Assembly (NCBI GenBank): GCA_040005235.1
Contig: JBDTZG010000070.1
Coordinates: 1 to 26,677 of the forward strand
Direction of reading: 5' to 3'
Length of the DNA stretch: 26,677 nt
Origin: Acidobacteriota bacterium
Lineage (GTDB): Bacteria > Acidobacteriota > Thermoanaerobaculia > Multivoradales > UBA5704
Position 1 is the stretch's first letter. The number at the start of each line of letters is the position of its first letter. The position numbers and the translations under genes were made by a program. The notes beneath the pieces are model-generated. The model was not told where the DNA came from. It worked only from the letters and a program-made list of their open reading frames with translations, and ran no database searches. Below, piece after piece: positions 1 to 7,781 of the stretch.

Positions 1-91
1 CGAGGCCGCCGATCGGCGAAGCGACCGACAGCGCCGCGAGATCGGCCGCGGGGAGCCCACTGAGAAGTGCGGCAATCGAGGCGTCGAGCAT
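1..91 (-). CDS. Possible 5' end of a gene running off the left edge (MLDASIAALLSGLPAADLAALSVASPIGGL...), product unknown
   Basis: ATG at 91-89 opens a stop-free frame to the window edge, divergent from the M61 start at 149. Too short to assign. Confidence 0.3.
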   Translation of the reverse strand, partial: MLDASIAALLSGLPAADLAALSVASPIGGL

Positions 92-148
92 GGCCGAAGT
101 ATACGGCTCTGGCGCGGCCACTCGGTTCGGGTTAAGGTCCCGCCGGTC

Positions 149-391
149 ATGTCCGCACCGATCCGCCACACGCTCCGGTTCGCCGCGCCGGAGAGCCATT
201 ATCTGGAGGTCGAATCGAGCTTTCCCGCACCGGAGGACCCGGCCGCGGGCTTGGAACTTTCGATGGCGGTGTGGACGCCCGGCTCCTACCTGATCCGCGA
301 GTACTCGCGCCACGTCGAGTCGATCTCCGCCGAGGATTCGACCGGCGGACGGCTGCCAATCGCCAAGACCCGCAAGAACCGGTGGCGGGTC
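149..391 (+). pseudogene. 5' fragment (81 codons) of an M61-family glycyl aminopeptidase, interrupted at the 392-465 palindrome
   Basis: Translation contains HYLEVE...LSMAVWTPGSYLIREYSRHV...KTRKNRWRV, the typical M61 N-terminal domain. Similarity stops at 391 and there is no HExxH. The remainder of ORF 149..622 is the palindrome plus antisense NRPS sequence. Confidence 0.8.
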
Positions 392-2382
392 GTGGTTTCG
401 TTTGTCCCGCAGCGACTGGCTGCTGCCGAAGGCGCCCGAAGGAGCGAGGAGGCAAACGAAACCACTTCCGGCCCGCCCGGACCACCGTCCAGCAGCACCA
501 CGCGAGTCGCCTCGGACAGCTCCGGCAGGCGTGGAAGAGTCTTCTCGTCGCTGAGCAGCACGGCCGGCGTCTGGCCGCGTTGCGCGTCTTCGAGCTGGAA
601 CGCCACCCGATCGGCCGGATAGGCCGGATCGATCGGCACGTAAGCGCCTCCGGCGGCCAGGATGCCGAGCAGGCCGAACACCATCTCGGGCGAGCGCTCG
701 GCGCACAGGCCGACGCGCACCTCGGGACCCACCCCGAGATCGGCGAGGTGGCACGCCCAAGCGTCTACTCGCTCTTGCAACTGCCGGTAGGTGAAGCGCT
801 GCGCGCCGCAGATCAGCGCCGTCGCCGTGGGCGTCCGCGCGGCTTGCGCTCCCACCAACTCGTGCAGCAGAAAACCGTGCCCCGTCGCTTCTCCGGTGTC
901 GTTCCACTCGCGGAGCAGTTGCGCCGTTTCCGCCGCCGAGGCGAGCGGCAGCGTGGCGATTTCGCCGGTGCCGTCGCCGAGCCGGGCGATCAGCTCGCTC
1001 CAAGCACCCAGCAGACGTGCCGCGGTGGTCGCATCGAACAGGTCGGAGTTGTAGACCAGGCGGAATCCCAGCTCCTCCCCCACCTCCGCCGCGATCAGCG
1101 AAAGATCGAACTGCGAGCGCCGGAGGGCGAACGGCCGGGGCGTAGCCACCAGCCCGCCGAGATCCATCGGCGGCCCCGAAACCCCGAGCGCGAGCGCACC
1201 CAGCGCGGCGTTTTCCGAGGGCTCCCGGCGCGGCGTTCGCTGAAAAGCCAACAGCGCCTGGAAGATCGGCGCGCGGCTCGGGTCGCGGACCGGCCGCAGG
1301 CGCTCGACGAGGAGCGGAAACGGCAGCCCGGCATGCGCGAGCGCGCCTTTCACCGTGGCGCGGACCTGCGCCGACAGCTCGGCGAAGGTTTTCACCGACG
1401 CGAAATCGGCGGCGAGCACGACCGGGTTCACGAAGTAGCCGACGGTGCGGTCGAGACCCGGCTCCGCGCGCCCGGCGGTAGGCGAACCGACCAGGATTTC
1501 CCGCTGCCCCGCGTAGCGGTGGAGCAGCGTTTGAAACCCGGCGAGCAGGACGCCGAACAGGGTGAGGCCCTGGGCGCGCGCGAGCCGTCGAATCCCCGCC
1601 GCCGCCGCGGCATCGAGGCGATGCGTCAGCGAGCCGCCGACAAAGGTCTGGACCGCCGGCCGCGGCCGGTCGGTTGGCAAGTCGAGCGGCGGCAGCTCCC
1701 CCGCCAGGCGCTCCAGCCAATAGCGCCAGAGCCGCTCGCCCTCCGGCCCCGCGAGCCGCTCTTCCTGCCGCGCCGCGTAAGCGCGGAAGTCTTTTGGCGG
1801 CCGACCCAGGTCCGGCGCAACCGGCGCCCCCGCCGCCGCCGCGGCATAGAGGCTCCCCAGGTCGCGGGCGAGGATCGCGAGCGACGCGAAATCGGCGACG
1901 GCGTGATGAACGCTAAGCGCCAGCACCGCGTCCGTCGGTTCGCCGTCCTGCGTGCGGCGATTCCAGAACCCCACCCGGCAGAGCGGTCCGAGCGCGAGGT
2001 CGAACGGGCGGTGGGCCAGGTCCAGCAGCTCCGCCTCGAAAGCGCCGTCGAATTCGGCGACCTCGCGGACCGCGAGGTTGAGGTCCATCCGCTCGTGGAC
2101 GCGCAGCACCGGCTCTCCGGCCGCCTCGGGAAACGCGGTGCGCAGGGCCGGATGGCGCGCGACCAGAGCGGCGAGCGCGCGGCCGAGCGCCGCCGGATCG
2201 ACCGCTGTGCGAATGCGCACCGCCGCCGCGATGTGGTTCGCGCCGTTACCCGGCGACAGCCGCTCCAGAAACCAGAGCGCCCGTTGCCCCGCCGAAGGGC
2301 GGGAGTCGGCGGAAAGGTCGGTTTCCTCGCGGAGGGCCGGGACCGGCTCCACCGCAGGCATCTCGACCAGGGTTCGGCTCAT
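286..2382 (-). CDS. NRPS with N-terminal condensation domain and a truncated adenylation domain (native sequence ends at about 466)
   Basis: C domain with SAGQRALWFL, HHAVADFAS and VGYFVN. A-domain motifs A1 (FTYRQL) and A2 (LAAGGAYVPID) are present, but A3 (YTSGSTG) and everything after it are missing. The ORF tail 465-286 is the palindrome plus antisense M61. Confidence 0.9.
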   Translation of the reverse strand: MSRTLVEMPAVEPVPALREETDLSADSRPSAGQRALWFLERLSPGNGANHIAAAVRIRTAVDPAALGRALAALVARHPALRTAFPEAAGEPVLRVHERMDLNLAVREVAEFDGAFEAELLDLAHRPFDLALGPLCRVGFWNRRTQDGEPTDAVLALSVHHAVADFASLAILARDLGSLYAAAAAGAPVAPDLGRPPKDFRAYAARQEERLAGPEGERLWRYWLERLAGELPPLDLPTDRPRPAVQTFVGGSLTHRLDAAAAAGIRRLARAQGLTLFGVLLAGFQTLLHRYAGQREILVGSPTAGRAEPGLDRTVGYFVNPVVLAADFASVKTFAELSAQVRATVKGALAHAGLPFPLLVERLRPVRDPSRAPIFQALLAFQRTPRREPSENAALGALALGVSGPPMDLGGLVATPRPFALRRSQFDLSLIAAEVGEELGFRLVYNSDLFDATTAARLLGAWSELIARLGDGTGEIATLPLASAAETAQLLREWNDTGEATGHGFLLHELVGAQAARTPTATALICGAQRFTYRQLQERVDAWACHLADLGVGPEVRVGLCAERSPEMVFGLLGILAAGGAYVPIDPAYPADRVAFQLEDAQRGQTPAVLLSDEKTLPRLPELSEATRVVLLDGGPGGPEVVSFASSLLRAPSAAASRCGTNETTTRHRFLRVLAIGSRPPVESSAEIDSTWREYSRIR
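392..465. repeat. 74-bp palindromic element with perfect 13-bp terminal inverted repeats (MITE/REP/RPE-like)
   Basis: GTGGTTTCGTTTG (392-404) is the exact reverse complement of CAAACGAAACCAC (453-465). Internal hairpins are GCAGCG/TGCTGC (409-426), CC-GAA-GG (426-432) and CGCCC-GAA-GGAGCG (433-446). Confidence 0.8.
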
Positions 2383-2427
2383 CGCACGCGCCCGATGGTG
2401 AACCTCCTCCTTGGACCGCGCACCGGA

Positions 2428-4638
2428 TCAGATCTCCAGAAGGTAGGTGAACTTGAGGATCAACTGGCGCTCGCGCGATTGGAGGTTGCCGAGGCTCGGG
2501 GCGATCCAGTTCTGGTTGTAGACCAAGTAGATGTCGGCGCCCGGGCGGTAGATCCAGTTGAAACGCAGATTGAGTGACATGAGGTCGGCCGAATCGTTGT
2601 ATTGGAGGAAGGCATTGGCCGAGATCGTGGGGTTCAGCGACACGCTCAGCCGCTCGCGGAAGATGTTGGCGATGAACGCCCCGCCGCGCAGATCGACGTC
2701 GTCGCGCGTCCACCGCGTCTCGGAGCGCAGGAAGCGGCTGGGGCGCAGGCCGAACGTGAGCGCGCTCGACAGGCGCTTGCCGTCGTAGAACTGGCCCTGC
2801 ATGACGGTGCCGCTCGCATAGACGTTGCGCCGCGTCGGCGAGGTGGCGTAGGTGATGCCGCAGTCGGCGAAGTCATGCTCGCCGCGCGGAATCACGATCC
2901 CCGAGCGGATCTCGAACGGCAGGACCAGCCGATCGCGGTTGATGTCGACGAAGAAGGTCGCTTGGTCTTCCTTGTCGGTCACGAAGCCGGCGAGATCGAA
3001 AGTCCCGGCGAGCGTCTCCAGAGAGTTGTCGAGGTCGGTGATCACCTCGGCCTGGGCGTTGAACGCCAGGTTCCTGAAGCCGGGGATCTTGGGCTTCGGC
3101 TTATAAGTCAGGGCGGGCGCATAGCGGCGGATGCCGTTCCTCAGCACGAAGCCGGCCTCCGGATTGAACTGCTCGCCGATCTCCATCGCTTCGAGCGACC
3201 AGATCCAAAACTGCCCGCTCCACACCGCGGAGGCGCCGCCGGAGCGATCGGAGACGCCGGGGTCGTGACTCTGGGCGTAGAACGCGTTCAGGTTGAGCTT
3301 CGGGCTCGGGTTCAAGTCGGCGTCGAAGCCGACGACTTGATTGTCGTCCTTGCCGTCGTGGTCGCGGCTGGTGAAGATCATCCCCACCGAGGAGCGCTCG
3401 CCGACGTTGCGTTTGACCCGCACCACTCCCCAGTTGTCGGCGCCGAGACCGCCCACGACGCCGCTTTGCGCCTGCGTGCGCGATTCGGTCGAAACGTCGA
3501 GCAGGCCGAGGCTCCATTCGCCGACGCGGCCGGTCAGCCGGGTCCCCCATTCGATCGGCACCGGCGTGCCGTTGGGAGTGATGCCGAGCCGGCGCGAAAA
3601 GAACAGCTTGAGCGGCGGTGTGCCGCCGAGCTGGCTCGGCGGTACAAACTCGAAGATGCCGGTGTTTTCGAGGAAGAACTCGCGTTTCTCTTTGAGGAAG
3701 AGCGAGAAGCGGGTGAGGTTGGTCTGCTGGTCGTCCGCCTCGGCCTCCGCGAAGTCCGTGTTGTAGGTGAGGTCGAGCGCCAGACCGCGGGTGATCCCCC
3801 ATTTCAGGTCGACGCCGGCCTCCGCGTTGGTGTCGTTCACGCCGGTGGTCGAGAAGTCGGTCTGCGAGCCGACCACGTGCGGCTTGATGCGCAGGTTCAA
3901 GCCCTGCTCCAAACCGGCGAGGCCGGTCAGATGCCCGGCGCGCGACATGCGCAGAAGGCTCGCGTCGCGCCCCACCTGGGTCCAATACGACTGCTCGCCG
4001 GAGCGCGCCACCAAGCGGCGGACGTTGAACCCCCAGGTATCCAGCTTGGGATCGAAACGCAGGGTGGCGAAGGGGATCGCCATCTCCGAGGTCCACCCCT
4101 CGGGCGTGATCCGCGAAGCGGCGCTCCAGACGCCGTCCCAGTCGCTGTTGAGGGTTCGGCCCTCGTCGGAGGAGAGGGCGTCGAGCTGTGCGCCGTTCGG
4201 ATTGACTTCGAGAAAATAGCCGTTCCGGTGGTCGTGGAAGGTGTCGAGCATCACGATCACCGAATCGTCGCGGAACAGCCGGCCGTCGTACTCCATCTCC
4301 TTGGCGACGATTTTCTCGGGGTGAGGATCGAAGCAGCGCAAGGCGATGTAGAGCGTGGTGGGCGTGTACGCAACCAACACCTCCGTGCGTTCCGAGGCCG
4401 GCTCGGTCGGCTTCTCGCGCTGGGTAAACGCGCCGCCCGCTTCCGCCTTGGACCACACCTCCTCGTCGAGTCGGCCGTCCACCAGAATCGGCTCGGCGAT
4501 CGGCAGCGCCGCGAGGTTTCTCGGCGGGATCGAATGCTGCGCCGCGGCCGGCCGCGCTCCGACGATCGCCGCCGTCAGCGCCAGAATCGCCAGGGCCGCA
4601 CGCCCCATGGGGCGCCACCGCGTTGTAGGATGCCGCAT
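2428..4638 (-). CDS. CBM9-like / DUF5916 domain exported protein, probable outer-membrane beta-barrel
   Basis: Signal peptide (AALAILALTAAIVGARPAAA), CBM9-like VDGRLDE...W and DTFHD...NPNG, DUF5916-like NTDFAEAEAD...NLTRFSLF..EKREFFLE, and C-terminal LILKFTYL beta strand. Start set at ATG 4638 (alternative 4608) instead of 5610, because the extension lies antisense to the SDR gene. Confidence 0.8.
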   Translation of the reverse strand: MRHPTTRWRPMGRAALAILALTAAIVGARPAAAQHSIPPRNLAALPIAEPILVDGRLDEEVWSKAEAGGAFTQREKPTEPASERTEVLVAYTPTTLYIALRCFDPHPEKIVAKEMEYDGRLFRDDSVIVMLDTFHDHRNGYFLEVNPNGAQLDALSSDEGRTLNSDWDGVWSAASRITPEGWTSEMAIPFATLRFDPKLDTWGFNVRRLVARSGEQSYWTQVGRDASLLRMSRAGHLTGLAGLEQGLNLRIKPHVVGSQTDFSTTGVNDTNAEAGVDLKWGITRGLALDLTYNTDFAEAEADDQQTNLTRFSLFLKEKREFFLENTGIFEFVPPSQLGGTPPLKLFFSRRLGITPNGTPVPIEWGTRLTGRVGEWSLGLLDVSTESRTQAQSGVVGGLGADNWGVVRVKRNVGERSSVGMIFTSRDHDGKDDNQVVGFDADLNPSPKLNLNAFYAQSHDPGVSDRSGGASAVWSGQFWIWSLEAMEIGEQFNPEAGFVLRNGIRRYAPALTYKPKPKIPGFRNLAFNAQAEVITDLDNSLETLAGTFDLAGFVTDKEDQATFFVDINRDRLVLPFEIRSGIVIPRGEHDFADCGITYATSPTRRNVYASGTVMQGQFYDGKRLSSALTFGLRPSRFLRSETRWTRDDVDLRGGAFIANIFRERLSVSLNPTISANAFLQYNDSADLMSLNLRFNWIYRPGADIYLVYNQNWIAPSLGNLQSRERQLILKFTYLLEI

Positions 4639-5585
4639 CGATCTACCCCAAGTCGTCGCAGGATTCCCGGAGGAGCGATGAACCAAACCATCCTCGTCGT
4701 CGGCGCGACCGGCAACTACGCCCAACCGGTCTGCCGGCAATTGAGCCAGGACGGGTTCAACGTTCGCGTCTTCACCCGAAAGCGGGAGAAGGCGACGCGA
4801 ATTTTCGGGGATCGTTTCCCGATCTTTGAGGGCGACGTCGAAAAACCGGCCACGCTCTCGGCCGCGCTCGAAGGTTGTTGGGGCGTGCACGTCAGCCTGC
4901 GCGGCTGGTTCAAGCACCAGAGCCACGATCGGATCGAGCATCTGGGGACCGCCAATGTCGTGCGGGCGGCGAAGGCGGCCGGCGTCGAGCGGCTCGGTTA
5001 CCTCTCCTGCCTGTTCGCGCGGCCCGGCTACTCCGACCTGCCGCACCTCAAGGCCAAGGTCGACGCCGAGGCGGCGATCCGCGCGGGCGGCATCCCGTTC
5101 GCCGTTTTCGCCCCCAGCTTCTTCATGGAGAACATGCACCACCTGAAGGGCGGCCCGCGCATTTTCGTCCCCGCTCTGCCGGAGCGCACGTTCCATTATC
5201 TCGCCGCCAACGACTACGTGCAGCAGGTGGCCCGCTTTTTCCGCCTTCCCGAGGCGCCCAACCGGCGCTTCGACCTGTACGGCCCCGACGCGCTCACCCA
5301 AGGAGACGCGACGCTCCAGTTCTGCGCCCGCGCCCGCCCCGGCACCCGCGTTCGTTTCGTTCCGATCTGGCTGTCCGACCTGTACCAACGCCTCATCGGG
5401 CACCAGAACCGCCAATACTCGATGAAGATCCTGCGCCTGTACCAACGCTCCGGCGAGCCGCCGGAGACGCGGGACGCGGTCGCCGACGGCTTGCTCGGAC
5501 GTCCCGCCACGACCTACGGCAGCTGGTGCGCGGCCCAGGCTCCCGGGGTCTCGGTCTATCACGGCTGAGAGCTGGCGCATCGATC
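4634..5585. repeat. 10-bp direct repeat CGCATCGATC (4634-4643 and 5576-5585) flanking the SDR gene
   Basis: Exact copies read from the sequence, 942 bp apart. The ATCGAT core is common in this DNA, so chance is possible. Confidence 0.45.
4678..5568 (+). CDS. NmrA-like / atypical SDR NAD(P)-binding protein
   Basis: GGAGGAG RBS at 4669-4675 before ATG 4678. Rossmann motif ILVVGATGNY, plus GTANVVRAAKAAGV, HLKAK..AE and PSFFMEN. Confidence 0.85.
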   Translation: MNQTILVVGATGNYAQPVCRQLSQDGFNVRVFTRKREKATRIFGDRFPIFEGDVEKPATLSAALEGCWGVHVSLRGWFKHQSHDRIEHLGTANVVRAAKAAGVERLGYLSCLFARPGYSDLPHLKAKVDAEAAIRAGGIPFAVFAPSFFMENMHHLKGGPRIFVPALPERTFHYLAANDYVQQVARFFRLPEAPNRRFDLYGPDALTQGDATLQFCARARPGTRVRFVPIWLSDLYQRLIGHQNRQYSMKILRLYQRSGEPPETRDAVADGLLGRPATTYGSWCAAQAPGVSVYHG

Positions 5586-5606
5586 GGTTGCGCGGATCTC
5601 CGGCGC

Positions 5607-7610
5607 TCAATTCGACACCAGCATCAGAGCTTTCGCCCGCCCTTTGAGCCCGACCGCATCGCGGGCCAGGCCATCACGGCGCACCTGCCGGCTCTCCCCC
5701 ACGGCCCGGCGCTCTTTCTGGTACGCCGTCCGCAGCAGGTTCGCCGCGTCGAGGTGCAGCGAGCGCTCTTCCAGGACCTGATAGGCGTCCTCGGTGTCGA
5801 ACGAGGCGATGTCGAGCAGGTTCTTCGCCGCGTCGAACGGCCGGCCGACGGCGGCCTGGTCGAGCTCGGTCGACGATCGAATGTTTTCGAGCGAATTGAG
5901 AACGCGCAGTAGCGCCGCCACGGCCTCGACCTGGGTGGTCTCCAGATGGATGCCGATGTTGCCCGTGTCGCCGCCCTTCAAGCCCAATCCTGCGGGCGAA
6001 TTGTTGAACGCCGCGCTGTTGTAGAAGTCGACCGCCTCCTCGATCGTCGCGACCGAGTTGTTGTGGAAGAACGGGCCGGTGTCGGCGGCCTCGACCACCA
6101 CCGCGGAGTTGAAGCGACCGTTGCCGAAACCGCCGCGCGAGTTGCTCGTCCGTCCGAAGCCGCGGTCGACGGGCGTGCCGCCGGGCTGGATCAGGGTCGC
6201 GGGGAGATCGGGTAGGTCCTCGATGCCGACGTCGAAATTGCGATTTTCGTCGCCGATCGAGATGTTAGAGCCGCCGTTGAAGTGGCAGCGGTTGCACTTG
6301 CCGGCCGCCTTGGTCGCGCGCACGGTATCGCCGGTCAAGTAGATCTCCTGCCCGCGGGAGACCAGAGGCGAGGTGAAGCGCAGCGCCGGCAGGTCGAGAT
6401 CCTCCTGCCGGCCCAGGGCGAGCTGAAACGCCGCCATGGCGTCGAGCTCATGATCGGTTGGAACGCGGAAATCCACATCCGGGCGGCGCGCGAGGTTGCG
6501 GGTGAAATGCTGGGTGATGGCGCCGAGCGCGAATTCGCGCAGCGAGCCGCTGCCGGGAGCGCCGTCGCCCCCCCAGCCCAGCCGCTCGACCGGCGGAATG
6601 GTCTCGAACGGCGAGTTCGGCTGCGGCAGCCGAGAATGCCGGAGCGCCAGGGTGTGGGGCACGCCGCGCAGCACGAACTTGCGGCCCAGGTCTTCGAACC
6701 CGTCGGGGTTTTCGAGCACCAGCCCGAGCTGGCGCAGCGAGTTTCCCTTCTCGAAGTTCTGGCCTAAGTCCGGGTTGTTCTCGAAGACGAACAGCGGATC
6801 GTTTGCCGGCAGGGCGGCGATGAACTTCGGATCGATCGTGAAGTTGTTCCGCGCCGGATGGCAGCTGGCGCAGGTCCGCCCGTTGCCGCTGAAGGTGGCC
6901 TCCTGAAACAGGGTGGCTCCCTCCGCGACCAGCGGATCGAGCGAATCGAACGGCGTGGCCCGGGCGACGCCGGGGCCGAACAGCGAAGCCGCTTCGGAAA
7001 GCCCCCGCAGCGGCAGCGGGCTCCATTCCGTGTTGCGCTCGGTGTACAGCCGCTGGAACAGGTCGGGCGCGCCGAACAGGACTCCCCCTTCTTCCGGCTT
7101 GCCGCCCGCGCGCACGACCACCGCGGAATCGGCCCGGAAACGCCGGAAGAACTCGCCGCCGAGCCGCGCGGAAAGCTGCGCCGAACCGCTCACCGAGGTG
7201 ACCCTGCCGATCGGCTGCATCCGGTCGTCGGCGTCCGGCATCGCGCCGCCGCCGGGGTGGTTCTCGACCAGCCAGACGTCCCACGCGGTACCGGGCGGCA
7301 GCCCTTCCAGCCGTACCCGGGCGGTGCCTTCGACCAGGTTGAGACGCACGGTGCCGCCCGCTTCGGTCGCTTCGCGCGAAAATCCTTTCGCCCAGCCGAG
7401 AGCGAAGGAAACGTTCTTGTCCCCGCCGCCCAGTGCATGCGCCGCCGACCAGCTGCGGTACGAGGCGGTGAGCGCCGAAACGTTGGCCCCTGCTGCCGCC
7501 GCCGACCGCCCCGCGGGTTCCTTCACACCCGGTTCGAAGAGGACCCAAGGGAGGCCCAGCACCAAGGCTCCCGACAGCACGCCGACCCAGACCTTGAACC
7601 TCATTCGCAT
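5607..7610 (-). CDS. Exported or membrane-anchored di-heme cytochrome c peroxidase superfamily protein (MauG/BthA-like)
   Basis: N-terminal hydrophobic segment, CASCH (6858-6872), CNRCH (6282-6296), LGWGGD, and GPFFHNNS..TIEEAVDFY. AGGAGG RBS upstream of the start. Confidence 0.85.
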   Translation of the reverse strand: MRMRFKVWVGVLSGALVLGLPWVLFEPGVKEPAGRSAAAAGANVSALTASYRSWSAAHALGGGDKNVSFALGWAKGFSREATEAGGTVRLNLVEGTARVRLEGLPPGTAWDVWLVENHPGGGAMPDADDRMQPIGRVTSVSGSAQLSARLGGEFFRRFRADSAVVVRAGGKPEEGGVLFGAPDLFQRLYTERNTEWSPLPLRGLSEAASLFGPGVARATPFDSLDPLVAEGATLFQEATFSGNGRTCASCHPARNNFTIDPKFIAALPANDPLFVFENNPDLGQNFEKGNSLRQLGLVLENPDGFEDLGRKFVLRGVPHTLALRHSRLPQPNSPFETIPPVERLGWGGDGAPGSGSLREFALGAITQHFTRNLARRPDVDFRVPTDHELDAMAAFQLALGRQEDLDLPALRFTSPLVSRGQEIYLTGDTVRATKAAGKCNRCHFNGGSNISIGDENRNFDVGIEDLPDLPATLIQPGGTPVDRGFGRTSNSRGGFGNGRFNSAVVVEAADTGPFFHNNSVATIEEAVDFYNSAAFNNSPAGLGLKGGDTGNIGIHLETTQVEAVAALLRVLNSLENIRSSTELDQAAVGRPFDAAKNLLDIASFDTEDAYQVLEERSLHLDAANLLRTAYQKERRAVGESRQVRRDGLARDAVGLKGRAKALMLVSN

Positions 7611-7634
7611 CGATTTGCCTCCTGCGGTGGTGCG

Positions 7635-7680
7635 AAAACCATAAAATCGGCCCCGCGCGGTGGACCGCGCCGGGTCGATT
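7635..7680 (-). terminator. GC-rich hairpin followed by a T-rich tract (intrinsic terminator or attenuator candidate)
   Basis: AATCGGCCCCGCGCGG-TGGA-CCGCGCCGGGTCGATT (7645-7680) pairs along almost its whole length. On the minus strand it is followed by TTTTATGGTTTT. Confidence 0.5.
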
Positions 7681-7781
7681 CTTCATCGCTTAGTTCAGGC
7701 CTCGCGGGGTCTCAGGCATACAGTGCCGTCAAGTGGCACGAGAAGGACAGCTTCGGACAGGATCCCTGCCCGGGTGCCGCG

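Noticed and set aside
392-465. Palindrome as an integron attC, tRNA, CRISPR repeat or Tn5/Mu adapter
   Set aside because: No RYYYAAC/GTTRRRY ends, no T-loop or CCA pattern, only one copy seen in the window, and no match to the adapter sequences I recall.
2403-2412. Strong AAGGAGGAGG 20 nt upstream of the NRPS ATG, with DUF5916 and the NRPS in the same frame across one TGA
   Set aside because: The spacing is too long for that ATG and there is no evidence for readthrough. Fusing an exported barrel to an NRPS is implausible.
271-2577. 768-aa + strand ORF
   Set aside because: Antisense shadow of the NRPS. Arg-rich with no recognisable motifs, which is typical of high-GC DNA.
2602-4677. N-terminal extension of the 988-aa + ORF
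   Set aside because: Antisense to DUF5916. The SDR has its own strong RBS and ATG at 4678.
4639-5610. N-terminal extension of the 1060-aa - ORF as translated protein
   Set aside because: Antisense to the SDR and would bury the signal peptide. Kept only as context for the direct-repeat finding.
7685-7735. CTGAGA...CCTGA words on the minus strand reminiscent of a TPP riboswitch
   Set aside because: The pairing stems and remaining conserved motifs are absent.
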